From: the human T2T-CHM13v2.0 reference genome, Homo sapiens
Reading direction: 5' to 3' (one strand)
Assembly: GCF_009914755.1 (NCBI RefSeq)
Contig: NC_060931.1
Length of the DNA stretch: 64,000 nt
Part shown: piece after piece, positions 15,331 through 37,600 of the stretch
Layout of the letters: every line of letters begins with the position of its first letter
How positions within the stretch are numbered: the stretch's first letter is position 1
Program-made: the position numbers and the translations under genes
Notes under the pieces: generated by a model
The model's input: only the letters and a program-made list of their open reading frames with translations
What the model was told of the DNA's origin: nothing
The model's database searches: none

Positions 15331-15735
15331 TGTTTTTTAAAAGTAGACAAATTAAACTCTACTTGAGCAAAGAACTGTTTTCAAAGAGGGCACCCCCATA
15401 ACCAGAATAGGTCCAGAGCAATTCTCAGGCTGCCACCTGGTGGGGTAACATTTATGGACAGGAAAAGGAAAGTGATGTACAGAAAAGCAAATGAGGTAGA
15501 GAAATAGCTGGATTCCATACAGCCTGGCGTTTGCCTTCTTTGAACAGGGTTTCAAAGGCTGACCACCTGTGACGGCCTGAAAATCAGCTGCTGTGATTGT
15601 CTGAGACTCAGGTACTTATAACAGTAGGTTACAGTCTGTTTACACATCTACTTAGGTTACAGTTCACTAAGTACAGAGAAACTTTTAGGCTAAACTTAAA
15701 ATATTCAAGGAGGCAGCGTTAGGCTATACTTAACA
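15331..15735 (-). mobile_element. MER57-family ERV1 solo LTR
   Basis: - strand begins TGTTAAGTATAGCCTAACGCTGCCTCCTTGAATATTTTAAGTTTAGCCTAAAAG, like MER57. Confidence 0.8.
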
Positions 15736-15930
15736 CCTACTTAGCACAGGTAACTAGAAGTGGCTAAAACAGAAACGAATTCTTGAATAACTGAGTGAAT
15801 GCCACACTTAGAAAAGGTTGTTTTATGCAGCTAATTATAGAATCACGGACAAGAACTGAAAGAGTTGCTGCCTGAACTTTCCACTCGAGGTCTGTGTTAG
15901 AATTTAGGAAACGCCACCCTGATAAATGAC

Positions 15931-16462
15931 TGCAAAAGACAAGAATGCACCATCCCCAAACATGCCACCCTGGCATATTGATGACTTTGAGCTATAAGTA
16001 ACAGAACCAAACAACACAGGATAACTTATTCAGCTACCCCTCAACTGCCTAAAATAAAGTATGACTGCTTTTTTTCCTTTTGTTCTTATTATTTTTCGAC
16101 TCGCCTGTTGTAAACAGAAATTTACACCTATAAAGGAAATTTTCTGTAGTAAATGTATCTGTATCAGGAAGACAGCTGCTTGGGGGCAACTTTTATCGCC
16201 TGAGCGCCTCATCGGGATAACAAAGCAACCTTTATTCACCATACATTTCCCCCATCACCCTTCCAAAAGGTCTCCACCACGCCCCAAAAGGCCCACGCCC
16301 CTATTCCCTGGCCCTTCTTTGTCTCCCACTTTTGTGGCCCTCTAGTGCACGGGTACATAATTAAAAGTTTTTCTCCTGTTAATCTGTCTTATGACAATTT
16401 AATTTGTGGCCCAGCTTAAGAACTTAGAAGGGTAGAGGGAAACCATATTTCCTTCCCCTACA
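15931..16462 (+). mobile_element. MER34-family ERV1 solo LTR next to the RP9 CpG island
   Basis: ccccaaacatgccaccctggcatattgatgactttgagct start; ttttctcctgttaatctgtct...cttcccctaca end. Confidence 0.7.
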
Positions 16463-16792
16463 TTTGAATCTTCTTTACACCACACTCTCCCGGGTCATTT
16501 GGACTCTCCTGGAACCCCCTGGAGCTAGGGAAGCGCAGGGCCTCCCAAGTCAGATTCTGCTTGGTGCCGAGCGGCAGTTGGCTCCCTGAACGCCCCGCCA
16601 GGAGGATGGACTTCAAGTCCTTGACCGCGGCGCCCGACATCGGTCGCCCGCACCAGGCTCCTGCCGGGCCCGGCCCCCCTGCCTGCTCGCGGGGGCTCGG
16701 AGGACCCGGCCTAGCGCCCACCGCGGCGTCCCGCGCCCCGGGCCCCTGGCTTCAGAAGACTGGCCGCGCGCGGACGGCAGCTCGGGACTCAC

Positions 16793-16944
16793 AAGGACTC
16801 CAGGTGCTTGAGCTGCTGCAGCTGCTGCGCGTCGTGTCGCCGCCGCTTCTGCTCCCGACGTCGCTGCAGCTCCTGCTCCGGCGGCTCACGCGGCCGCCGC
16901 GCGCCCGCAGCCCCCACGTCCTCGCGCCCAGGCCGGGACGACAT
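16793..16944 (-). CDS. RP9: RP9 (PAP-1) coding exon 1, MSSRPGREDV...KHLES(F)
   Basis: ATG at 16944-16942 in a CpG island; translation matches the RP9 N-terminus; GTGAGT donor at 16792-16787; 152 nt. Confidence 0.97.
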
Positions 16945-16990
16945 GTCAGCCCCCGCAGCGCCGCTCGGGCAACCCCCGCGGCGCGGCTCC

Positions 16991-17014
16991 GGCGGCGGCG
17001 GCGGCGGCGGCGGC
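16991..17014. repeat. (GGC)8 / (CCG)8 trinucleotide repeat just upstream of the RP9 ATG
   Basis: Eight uninterrupted GGC units read directly. Confidence 0.95.
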
Positions 17015-17286
17015 AGCCAAGAGAGCACTTCCTCCGCGCGGCGGTCGCGGGGCTTCGCAGCGCCCCCTCCCGCCGCCGCCCCGCAACTCACCCCGGCGGC
17101 CCCGAAGTCTCAGCCTCGGCCACCCGATCCCCGCCTCCCCGCGTCGGGCCCCAAGTCAGGGGCTCCGGGTCTCGGGCCCAGCCGCCAGGCGGGCTGCTGC
17201 GGGTGGGTGGGGAGCGCCGCCTAGCTGGAGCCGAAGCGGGGCGAGGCGCTAGTTGGGAGCCTGGAGGTTCCCGCCCGGCCACACCC

Positions 17287-18230
<944 letters not shown>

Positions 18231-20193
18231 TTAACTTTTTAAAGTTTTTTATTTTGTAGAGACGGGGTCTCGCTATGCTGCTTAGGCTGGCCTTGAACTC
18301 CTGGCCTCAAGCAATCCTCCTGCCATAGCCTCCCAAAACACTGGGATTACAGGTGGGAATCACTGCACCTGACTATGAAATTATTTTGTGATTTGATATT
18401 CTCTGACTTCTCTTTGTGCTTTCTTTCTGTTGTACCCTCCTGTCCATGAACCCCTCTGTTTTTCATTTTATTCTTCTGCCCCCTCCTAAGACACCAGAGA
18501 TTCATTCTTGAGGCCAGTCAAGCAGCCTTGGTGTTGGCCCACTGGTGGGGCAGCTGCAGTTGGTCCTTAGTCTGTGCTACTGGACAGGTTTTAAACCTTT
18601 CAGAATGGAGCAACTAAAAAAAGAATAGATTTTCTCCTGCTTGTATTGATCACCCTTCACAGTGTAATCTTGACACCATTGTTTTGCTGCTAAGGTGTAT
18701 TTTTACAAGCTCTTATCTTACCAGTGACCTTTCCCCACTGGGGAGATGAGGAGAGGAAAAAAGTAGGAGAAGGGAAAGATCACATGGCTAGATTAGAGAG
18801 TACAATGCAAAATCTTTCTTTTTTTCCTACCCAAAATACAAGTCTTCAAGGAACTCTCATGGTGAAGTGGACCCTCAGGCGTGCATGTCTATGGTCTTCT
18901 GCAGCGCAGTAGAAACATGAGAATCCCTTTGGTCATGCACTAAAAACAGCTGTTAAAATTACTTCTAGGGCCAGGCATGGTGGCTTGTGCCTGTTGTCCT
19001 AGGTATTTGTGGAGCTTAGGTGGGAGGATTGCATGAACCCAGGAGGTGGAGGCTACAGTGAGCCATGATCGTGTCACTGCACTCCAGCCTGAGTGACAGA
19101 GTGAGCCCCTGTCTCAAAAAAAGAAAAATTATTTCTATCCGTCAATAGTTGCTAACCAGTAGGATCGGAGGGAAAATTGCAACGTGCTTTACTTTAGGCT
19201 TGCAGGTACGAAAGACTGAGGGAGGAAGGTCAGACACCAAACTTAATTGGTATTCTGGGGCAAATATTTGGCAACTGAGTTGACATTTCTCCTTCTCTTC
19301 CTTGCTACCAGCTTTGATTTTGTTCAGGAATCATACAGGAAGCTGGTTAGAGAGTGGAGGCCTCTTCATGCCTCTCTAGAGGTGAGTCTTGACTTGTCTT
19401 AAGCCAGTCATTAGTAATTTTGTTCTCGTTTCCACTGATTGTTTTAGCAATGGACCTGTGGTGCAATTTTAGCCAATGAGGTATGAGGAGAGGTCGGATG
19501 GAGGTGGCTTTCAGGGTAAGGTTGTCTTTGCTCTTAATAAATGATGCTTGGGAGTGTCAAAGATCCCCTTTCTGCCTCCAGATGTTGTTGCCTGCAACCC
19601 CCAGAGGATGGCAGAGGACAGAAGGAGACCCCTGGGTCCTTGGGGATGTGATAGAGACATTTGATCAACCAGTCCTGGTGTTGCTACCTATCCATACTTC
19701 TCATTCTGGGAGATAGTACATTTCTTTATTATTGAAGTGATTTTGAGTTGGGTCTTCTATTACTCACAGATAAATATGATTCTTTACATTTATATAGTGC
19801 CATGCAGATCTCCCCCTGCCCCCATATGTTCTCCCAGTTGATTTTACAGAAACCCTATGGGGGCATGCAAGACAATGTAAGATAAGGAAATTGAGGCTCA
19901 GAAGGAGAGTGTGGCCCTGCAACCAAAATGGTCTGATTTCTAGTCCAGAGTTTTTCATCAACCCTCATGAATTTAGGTGTGTGGGAATAGTGGGAGTGGG
20001 AGAATCTCTTGGAAACCCTTGGAGAATCTCTTGGTAAAGAAGAGGATAGGAAGCTGCTGGAAACAAATTTCCCTGATGTCCCATTGGCCTCAAATCGGCT
20101 CAGATGGACTTTTGGGGATGTTTTTTCATTCAATTTATTTATTTAATAATTAAAAACAATACAGATGGGGCCCTGCTATGTTGATGGGGGTGA

Positions 20194-20547
<354 letters not shown>

Positions 20548-21003
20548 TAGCCTCCAGGGTTTACTGTTCTCAAAACCACAGTAGTTTTCTGATTCACAAA
20601 ACTGCCTTTATTTCAGACTCAATGAAAGGTGGAAACCTTTTTTTTAGGGCCTGGCCTTAGTGGATTACGTTGGATTTTACCATTAACACTTGAGGTTCCT
20701 GTACTGTCTGAGGGGCATTTGACAGAACCTGGTTTACTGACTTTGATTCAGACCAGTCCTTTTTTCAGATCCCTTTCTCCCCGCTCTTCCATGCTGCTTC
20801 CCATGCCCACCTTGGCCTCAGATTTTGCTGTTCCTCTCATTGTGTCCTTCTGTCTGATTTTACCACATTTTCTGGTCCCTGCCTCTGCATTCTCTCACTG
20901 ATTGTTATCTTGTTTTTCTCTCCCTGCCATCTTTCTCTCTCATTTCCCCTCTTTTTCTTATTCCGATAACCTTTCATTCCTTCTAGTCCCTGTCTCACGT
21001 TTG

Positions 21004-22176
<1,173 letters not shown>

Positions 22177-23480
22177 TACTTGGTGTCAGAAGCATGGATC
22201 CAAAGCTGCCTTGCCTTGGGGAAAATCCCAGCCTCTGGACTATGATGAGATGTGCCTACACTCGAACCCCTGGAGCCTCCTGCTTCCCTAAGCTGCCTCT
22301 TTTCCCTTTGGTGAGTCTCTCTTTGACCAGACTTCTGACTTTGGTCAAATGGTGTTTTATTTGGAATTTGGTTGAAGAGAGCCTTCCCCGCTTTTTTTCC
22401 GAGAGGCATCTTTCCTCCTCTGTTTGGGAGCTCTCCTGCTGGGAGGGGTCATCATCTTCCTGTCAGTCTCAGCTGGGAGGTTTAGGTGTAGGGATTTCCC
22501 CTTATTTGGAGAAGGCGGCTTATTGTCCTTCTTGGTAAGTATGTATTTTATTTTCTGTCTGTGTGGCTTTGGTGTATTCAGTCCTTGTGTTTTAATTTGT
22601 TTTTGTGCATTTGGCAATAAAATGAATCATCTAGATCAATTTAGTTAGAAATGGGAAGTCAGAGTTTCACAGCATGCCAAAATATTATCTGGGACTCCAG
22701 CTGGTAACATGTTGAAACATTATGGGATCATTCAGACAGTCTATTATTCTTCAAACTAAACTAAGACACCAGCAATAAAATCATACACTTCAAATAATAC
22801 TTATATCTCAATTGATATCTTGAGGCTCAAAAAATTCTCATGACTCAAAGATTGCCTTTTTATAAAACACTGGCACAAAACTGGCAGAGACTTTTTTTTT
22901 CAGGATCTTTTTCTACAATTGCTTCTATCCTTCTCTAAACTAAACTGTTTCTTCCAAAACTCCTCAGCTATTGTGACATACTATTTAAGTAACAACACAA
23001 GAAAACCAACAGATTCAAAAGAAAATCATTTTGACCCTTGTGCTGTTTCTTAAGAACAAAAGATGGAATTCCCATATAAAGGAAGTCTTCCCTATACTAA
23101 AAGGAATGGCAACATTTTTTTTTTTAAAACCTCAGACTGGCAACGGGTGGCACATCTCACACACCTGTGTGAGCACGCAATCATCATGAACTACAAAAAG
23201 GTTGAGGAATGGCAGCATTCTCATCTTCAAGGACAAATAATATGCTGTGCAGACCTTGTTAGAATAACTCTTATCTTTTGGGCCTCTGACATAATCCAGT
23301 CACAGTTTCACAGCTAATTTTTATTTGTCCAATCTGGTAATTGATTTAAACTGCTCTACGCAAAATTTGGTTCTCCACCTTCATATTATTACCTATTTAA
23401 AAAGTCTTAAAGGTTAGCCTTATCTGATTTTTTCAGAAACATGATTTGGATCCAACTGTCTTTTATAAACTTGTGAGTCC
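22177..23480 (+). mobile_element. MER4-group non-autonomous ERV internal region, 5' part
   Basis: Follows LTR and PBS; leader splice donors; AT-rich non-coding internal sequence. Confidence 0.65.
22181..22198 (+). other. Retroviral primer-binding site complementary to tRNA-Leu
   Basis: TGGTGTCAGAAGCATGGA versus TGGTGTCAGAAGTGGGAT (complement of the tRNA-Leu 3' end), 4 nt after the LTR terminal CA. Confidence 0.8.
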
Positions 23481-23505
23481 ATATATATATATATATATAT
23501 ATATA
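23481..23505. repeat. (AT)n microsatellite at the L1 3' junction
   Basis: Direct read. Confidence 0.9.
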
Positions 23506-23506
23506 A

Positions 23507-31706
<8,200 letters not shown>

Positions 31707-34700
31707 TCTGAGTTTATATAATTTACTATGTCATGATTAAAAATCTAAAATAAAAGCTATAAGAACTTTATTTCTACTTATGGAAACATGTTTAAATGTG
31801 TTTATGCATGTCTACATGTGTTATGTGGTGTGTTTACATAATAAAGTCTGTCATAGCCAAAAATCCATGAACATTTTATTAAGTGAGAAAAATGAGGGCT
31901 CATATAAAATATATAGCAAATAACCCTCCCTTTTTAGTTTATGTGACTTAACTAAATATTTCATTAATTAATTTGTTTTAAAATTGTCAACATACATTTT
32001 TGCCTAGGTTTACTGGTCAGATCTTTTTTTTGAGAAGGAGTCTCGCTCTTTCACCCAGGCTGGAGTGCAGTGGCGCAATCTCGGCTGACTGCAGGCTCTG
32101 CCCCCCAGGGTTCACGCCATTCTCCTGCCTCAGCCTCCCTTGTAGCTGGGACTACAGGCGCCCGCCACCTAGCCCGGCTAATTTTTTGTGTTTTTAGTAG
32201 AGACGCGGTTTCACCGTGTTAGCCAGGATGGTCTCGATCTCCTGACCTTGTGATCCGCCCGCCTCGGCCTCCCAAAATGCTGGGATTACAGGCGTGAGCC
32301 ACCGTGCCCGGCCTGGTCAGATCATTTTATATTTGTTTTTGCTAGACGTTTTAAGGTCATGATGCTATAAACCCAGTCTAAAACAGAATGACCTTGTTGT
32401 GAAATTCCTTAATATATAAGATTAATTTAATGTTGTTGATATACTTAAAACAGCTATATCTTCTGAGTTATCAACAGGATACCCATGTATTTAACTTTAA
32501 AGTTTTTACTTAGATAAATACTTGATATTAACAGATATGAAACTTGTTAATAAACACAACAATGACTAGCTTTGTCTTATATTTCAGTTTTAAGAAGTAA
32601 TCTAGATGTAATTGATAAAAAATAAATTAGTTAATTGTAAATAGAATAAATATTTATAAATAAAATTTTTATGTAATTTAAAATCCTGAAGTTATATTAT
32701 GTTAAATAGTAGATATGATGTCTGGATCACATCCAAATAAGATAAAAATGGAAACAAACCACTGAATAAATATAAGTTCATTTTTGGCTTTTTAAAGTTT
32801 ATAAAATTATAAATATATTTATATCTATTAATCAAAAATGAATTTAGGAAAAAATACTTTTGTATGATAAATAATCTTGAATAGTAAATTTTAGTCCTAT
32901 AAAATAATTGGCTTTTTTAAAAAATGAAAAATGGTAGGACAAAGACTTGGGGGTTAAAAAAATGAGAAAATGTCTAAGCAAGTCAAAGAGCATTTATGAA
33001 TAATAGGCCTGTGAGAAAACTTTTATGAATGATCAGGTTGGCCAGAATTAAAAATAAATAGTTTATAAGTGGTTTTCTAAAATTTAAACATTGATGTTGG
33101 AGGTGCACTGATACAGGACCAGAGCCTGGTCCTCCATTTTTAAAACAACATTTTCTTGAAGTATTGATCTGCTCCTGATAAAATTGTAAGAAGCTTTCAT
33201 TTTGAATTCTAAAATCTATTTCTTTAACTGCTATCCCCTAAACTGCAGGCAGTTTCTATTTCTGCCACCTTTTTTCACTGAGATTCATTTAATTTCCCTA
33301 GTTTCACATTAAAAATGCTGTCTTCTTCATTTAAAATAATAATTTCTTTGCTTTTTTTTTTGAGATAGGGTTTCACTCTGTCATGCAGGCTGGAGTGTAG
33401 TTGCACGATCATGGCTCACTGCAGTCTTGACCTACTGGGCTCAAGCAGTCCTCCAACTTCAGCCCCCTTAGTAGCTGAGATTAAAGGCACACGTAACCAC
33501 GCCCGGCTAATTTTTGTATTTTTTGTAGAGACAGGATTTTGTCATGTTGCCCAGGCTGGTCTCGAACTCCTGGGCTCAAGCGATCTGCCCACCTCGGCCT
33601 CCCAAAGTGCTTGGATTATGGACATTGCACCCGTCTGGTAATATCATTTCTTGAGGTAGAGTTTTGCTTTTGAAATTTCTCAGATTTCGTATCTCAGTGG
33701 TTCAAATTTGCCATGTCTTGCTATTTGATTTCCAGGTCATATATCATTGCATTCAGGTTTTCTCCTCTTTAGAAAGCCTGGGATGGTAACTCTCTCCTTC
33801 AATTTTTTCATCAGTTGCTATACAATTTTTTTTTTTTTGGTTCTAATTGCTGGTATGGCCTGACACTAAAGGTTTATCCTGAAGGCCTAGAAATCAATGC
33901 TCTTTTTCAATATAACTTGATTCTGTACTCTTGGCTTTTCTTGATACATGTGAATTGTTATAATCATGACCTGGGACACATCTTCCTGTATCTGATTAAA
34001 TTCAAGTACCCTTTTCGTCAGATTCGACCTCCAGGTTATCTAAATGAGCTCCCCAAAAGGAGAAACAATCACATTGCAGAAAGTTTTTCTTTACTTTTTT
34101 GGTACCTGGCCTAAGGAAGATTATACATTTTATCAACATAATTTCCTGTGTTGCTTTTATTAGATTTGATTTTTTTTTAACCTGAAGTTTAAAATGGTTA
34201 AGATAGTTTTAATGTAATTATTTGTATGGCTTTTTAAGCCTTTTGATTATCACTCTGGTTATATAAATGACTTATTTCACAAGTAACTTGTGATTCTGTA
34301 TTGATACAGTGTTTTGAGCCCTTTAAAAACTTCCTCAAAATCAAATTCCAATTTAAGTTTTTTAAATGTAGAATTAACTTTGGAATTTTCCAGTTGGACT
34401 CCTGGAAAGCATTAAAACATATCTTTCTCATCTTTTAGAGGTATTAAATGATTTGGGTTATTTGGTAAATTTTATAAGAAATATTGTCAAACGATAACTG
34501 ATACTAGATTTTTCTTTTATTTGCATTTATGGGAATATTGTTTATATGAATGTTTGAAAAAATTATATAAGTCCATACAAGTATGCTGGGAATGATGGCT
34601 CATGCCTATAATCCCAACACTTTGGGAGGCTGAGGTCAGAGGATTACTTATAGCCAGGAATTTGTGTCCAGCTTGGGCAACAAAACAAGACCCTGTCTCT

Positions 34701-35880
34701 ATTAAAACAAAACAAAACAAAACAAAAACAAAAAAAACCAAAAAAAAACCAAGCATGGTGGTACAAACGTGTAGTCCCAGCTACTTGAGAGGCTGAGGCA
34801 GAAGGATTGCTTGAGTCCAGGAGTTTGAGATTGCAGTCAGCTATGAATGTGCCACTGCACTCTAGCCTGGGCAATAGAGCAAGACCCCATCTTTAAAAAA
34901 AATTCGTACAAATGTATTATATTACCAGTCATAATTCTGGTTATCTTAAAATACTGTATATAATAGCAATAAATAAATGTTCTTCTCAGTTGTTAACTTC
35001 ATCAGATTTTTAACCATGGCTATTTTAAGTTTTTGTCATCCATATTATTGTTTTGAATTCTTTTTTAAAAAACAGACTCCTGGAAAATATTCTAACAAGT
35101 ACTCTTTTATTTTTATTTATTTATTTTTGAGACAATCTTGCTCTGATGCCCAGGCTGGGGTGCAGTGGCACGATCCTGGTTCATTGCAACCTCTGCCTCC
35201 CTGGTTCCAGTGATTCTCATGCCTCAGCCTCCTGAGTAGCTGGGATTACAGGCATGCGCTACCACGCTGGGTTAATTTTTTGTATTTTTAGTAGAGATGG
35301 GGTTTCACTATATTGGCCAGGCTTTTCTCCAACTCCTGGCCTCAAATGATCCTCCCACCTTGGCCTCCCAAATTGCTGGGATTACCGGCATGAACCATTG
35401 TGCCTGGCCCTAAAATATACTCTTAGATTTGGGTTTCTAACAACTTGAAGATCAATGGACAATATAACAATTTCCAGAACTGTAATAAAAAAGTGGGTTC
35501 ATGAAACTATTAAGATCAGGCAGAACAAGAATTAATTACGTGAGTTTAAATAACTAATGAAGACAATGTTTTTATGATATTATTTCAAATGTTGTTGGTT
35601 CTTTACTCAAATAGTTTTTTCCAGATTTAAGAAAATCTTGTCTTTTAAGCTATTTATAATTTACAGCAATTTGATAAAGTATACTTGTGTAAAAAAAGAT
35701 AAAAACTTTTTTTCTCTTTACTTGATTCCTCCATAATTAGAAAACCATTTGTGAGTCTTCTTATGGTAATATGGTCATTTCAATAAGTCTAATAAAAATC
35801 TGCTCTCTCTGTATAGCAGAATACAATTGGAAACTGGTTATATTACCAAGGCTTTGACTGAAAGGTCATTTTTAAAAATA
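31707..35880 (+). mobile_element. MER4-group ERV internal region, continuation (Alus at about 32024-32313, 33352-33638, 34585-34900, 35105-35409); no 3' LTR seen
   Basis: Resumes after the L1 TSD; motifs such as ctgattaaattcaagtacc and ccaggttatctaaatg resemble MER4-group internals. Confidence 0.6.
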
Positions 35881-35884
35881 TTGA

Positions 35885-36195
35885 GGCCGGACGCGGTGGC
35901 TCACGCCAGCAATCCCAGCACTTTGGGGGACTGAGGTGGGTGGATCGTTTGAACCCAGGAGTTCGAGAGCAACCTGGACATGGCGAAACTCCATCTCTAC
36001 AAAAAATACAAAAATTAGCCAGGTGTGGTGGTCTGTGCCTGTAGTCCCAGCTTACTAGGAAGGCTAAGGTGGGAGAATCGTTTGAGCCCGGGAGGCTGAG
36101 GCTTCAGTGCTTCAGTGAGCAGTGATCCTGTCACTGCACTCCAGTCTAGGCGACCCTGTCAGGGAGACCCAGTCTCAGTAAAAAAAAAAAAAAAA
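35885..36195 (+). mobile_element. AluJ with a small internal duplication (gcttcagt x2)
   Basis: Alu consensus match. Confidence 0.88.
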
Positions 36196-36399
36196 CCCAA
36201 AACCCAAAAAACTAAAACTAGAATGGTATTTTCTACTGGGAATGTGGATTTGTGGATTGATGGTGAAATACTGGAAATTTAAAGCCTACACTAGAATCCA
36301 TTGAAAAAAGCAAACAAGAAAAACTTCAAGGTTGGCTACATTGAATTTGAATGTAAAGATTAAAAAAAAATAAGTAAAAAACAAAAGAAGACATAGATC

Positions 36400-36549
36400 C
36401 AATCCCATATACCAGGAAATGCACTCTAAGGTATATACGGAAAATATATTTAACACATGTGTATCAGGACGCAGGCACAAGTAACTTCAAAGCAGCGCTG
36501 TTTCAAATAGTAAAAAAAGGAAAAACTGGAAACTGTTCAAAAGCTTCAT
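36400..36549 (+). mobile_element. Ancient L1 (L1ME-like) fragment abutting the NT5C3A-like exon
   Basis: aatgcactctaaggtatatac...aaagcagcgctgttt.aaatag..aaaaactggaaac...catca resembles the L1 ORF2 3' end. Confidence 0.55.
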
Positions 36550-36702
36550 CATCTCGATGATCTTGGTCTTCCGCCTCGCCTTCTTCTCCAAGGTGAATAT
36601 GTACTGGGCCAGCACCACCCCCGCCACCAGGGCGCACACGCTGGCGCTCGCTACCGCGACCACCCTCGCCACGGTCGCGCGGTGCATGGACGGGGCCCTC
36701 AT
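36550..36702 (-). pseudogene. Orphan paralogous copy of NT5C3A exon 1 (N-terminal hydrophobic leader of the long isoform)
   Basis: Translates MRAPSMHRATVARVVAVASASVCALVAGVVLAQYIFTLEKKARRKTKIIEM versus recalled NT5C3A MRAPSMDRAAVARVGAVASASVCALVAGVVLAQYIFTLKRKTGRKTKIIEM; no other NT5C3A exons seen; no GT after the last codon. Confidence 0.88.
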
Positions 36703-37250
36703 GAGTGTCCCGGCAGGAAAAAAACACCGCGATTGGGACTCTCAGAAGCGCAGGATCCCAGAGCACCATGGACAAGCCAGTGACGCCCCGCCCCCACTAG
36801 GCCCCACCCACACGCACCGAGGGGAGAGGGCGGGCACGCGGCCGGGGGGGCGTGGCCTGCCCCCGGAGCCCAGGCAGGAGGAGGGTCTTCCTTAAGGAAC
36901 TGCTGCCAGGACAGGGCAGAGGATTGCAGTAATTATCACTCTCTGCTAATGAGGACCAGGCCGTGGTTCACTCGAGCCCCGCCCCAGTAGCAATCTAATT
37001 CCAACCGCGGCCCTCTCAGAAGTCGGTCCCCGCCTTTGCGCCTCAGCCTCTCTGGACTCCAGCCCCCAGAAGTCGGCGCGGCACGGCGTGACCTGCGCAG
37101 TGGCGTCCGTTGTAAGTGCTATGACAACAGGGCGAAGATGGCTCAGAGTTAGGCTGGAGAGGGGAGGTGTCCCTTCCGCTGCGGCCGTCGGGTTTCTGCT
37201 ACATGCCATTCACCGCCTCCTCCATCCTTTCCTCCTCGGTGTGAGCAGCA
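36560..37250. promoter_or_regulatory. BBS9: CpG island containing the BBS9 promoter and the NT5C3A-like segment
   Basis: CpG-rich; GC/KLF boxes near 36786, 36845, 36978, 37028; X-box-like 37116-37128; YY1-like AAGATGGC at 37135. Confidence 0.85.
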
Positions 37251-37600
37251 GGACTTGCATTTGTTCTCGCCTGCCTAGTGTCTTCCAAGGGATAGATGCC
37301 GTTTCCTCTGCTGGTCTCTGGGGGTGACGGGGGGCGCAGGGGAGCTTCTTGGGGGAATCACTCCAACTCTGTGGAGCTGGTGGTGCTGCCTGGTGGGGCT
37401 CTCTCTTTGCCCGGGACGTGGAACAACTTTCAGCTGGAGGACGAGAGGGAATAGTGAAGCTAAAGGTTGCTTTTCTCTGCACCGTCCGTTCTTGCTCCCT
37501 CTGCTCCATCACTGGGACCTTGTCAGGCGTTCATAAAGCAAAATTTGCCGAACGAGGGTTCGCAGAAAGGTGGGGCAGAGCTCATCTGACGTGGCATCAG
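37120..37600 (+). other. BBS9: BBS9 non-coding exon 1 (5' UTR; start approximate)
   Basis: Begins in the CpG island; strong CAG|GTAAGA donor at 37600/37601. Confidence 0.8.

Larger units (their letters stand above)
16480..17285. promoter_or_regulatory. RP9: RP9 CpG island / promoter
   Basis: Very high GC and CpG density around exon 1; GC boxes; ETS-like CACTTCC near 17026. Confidence 0.9.
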
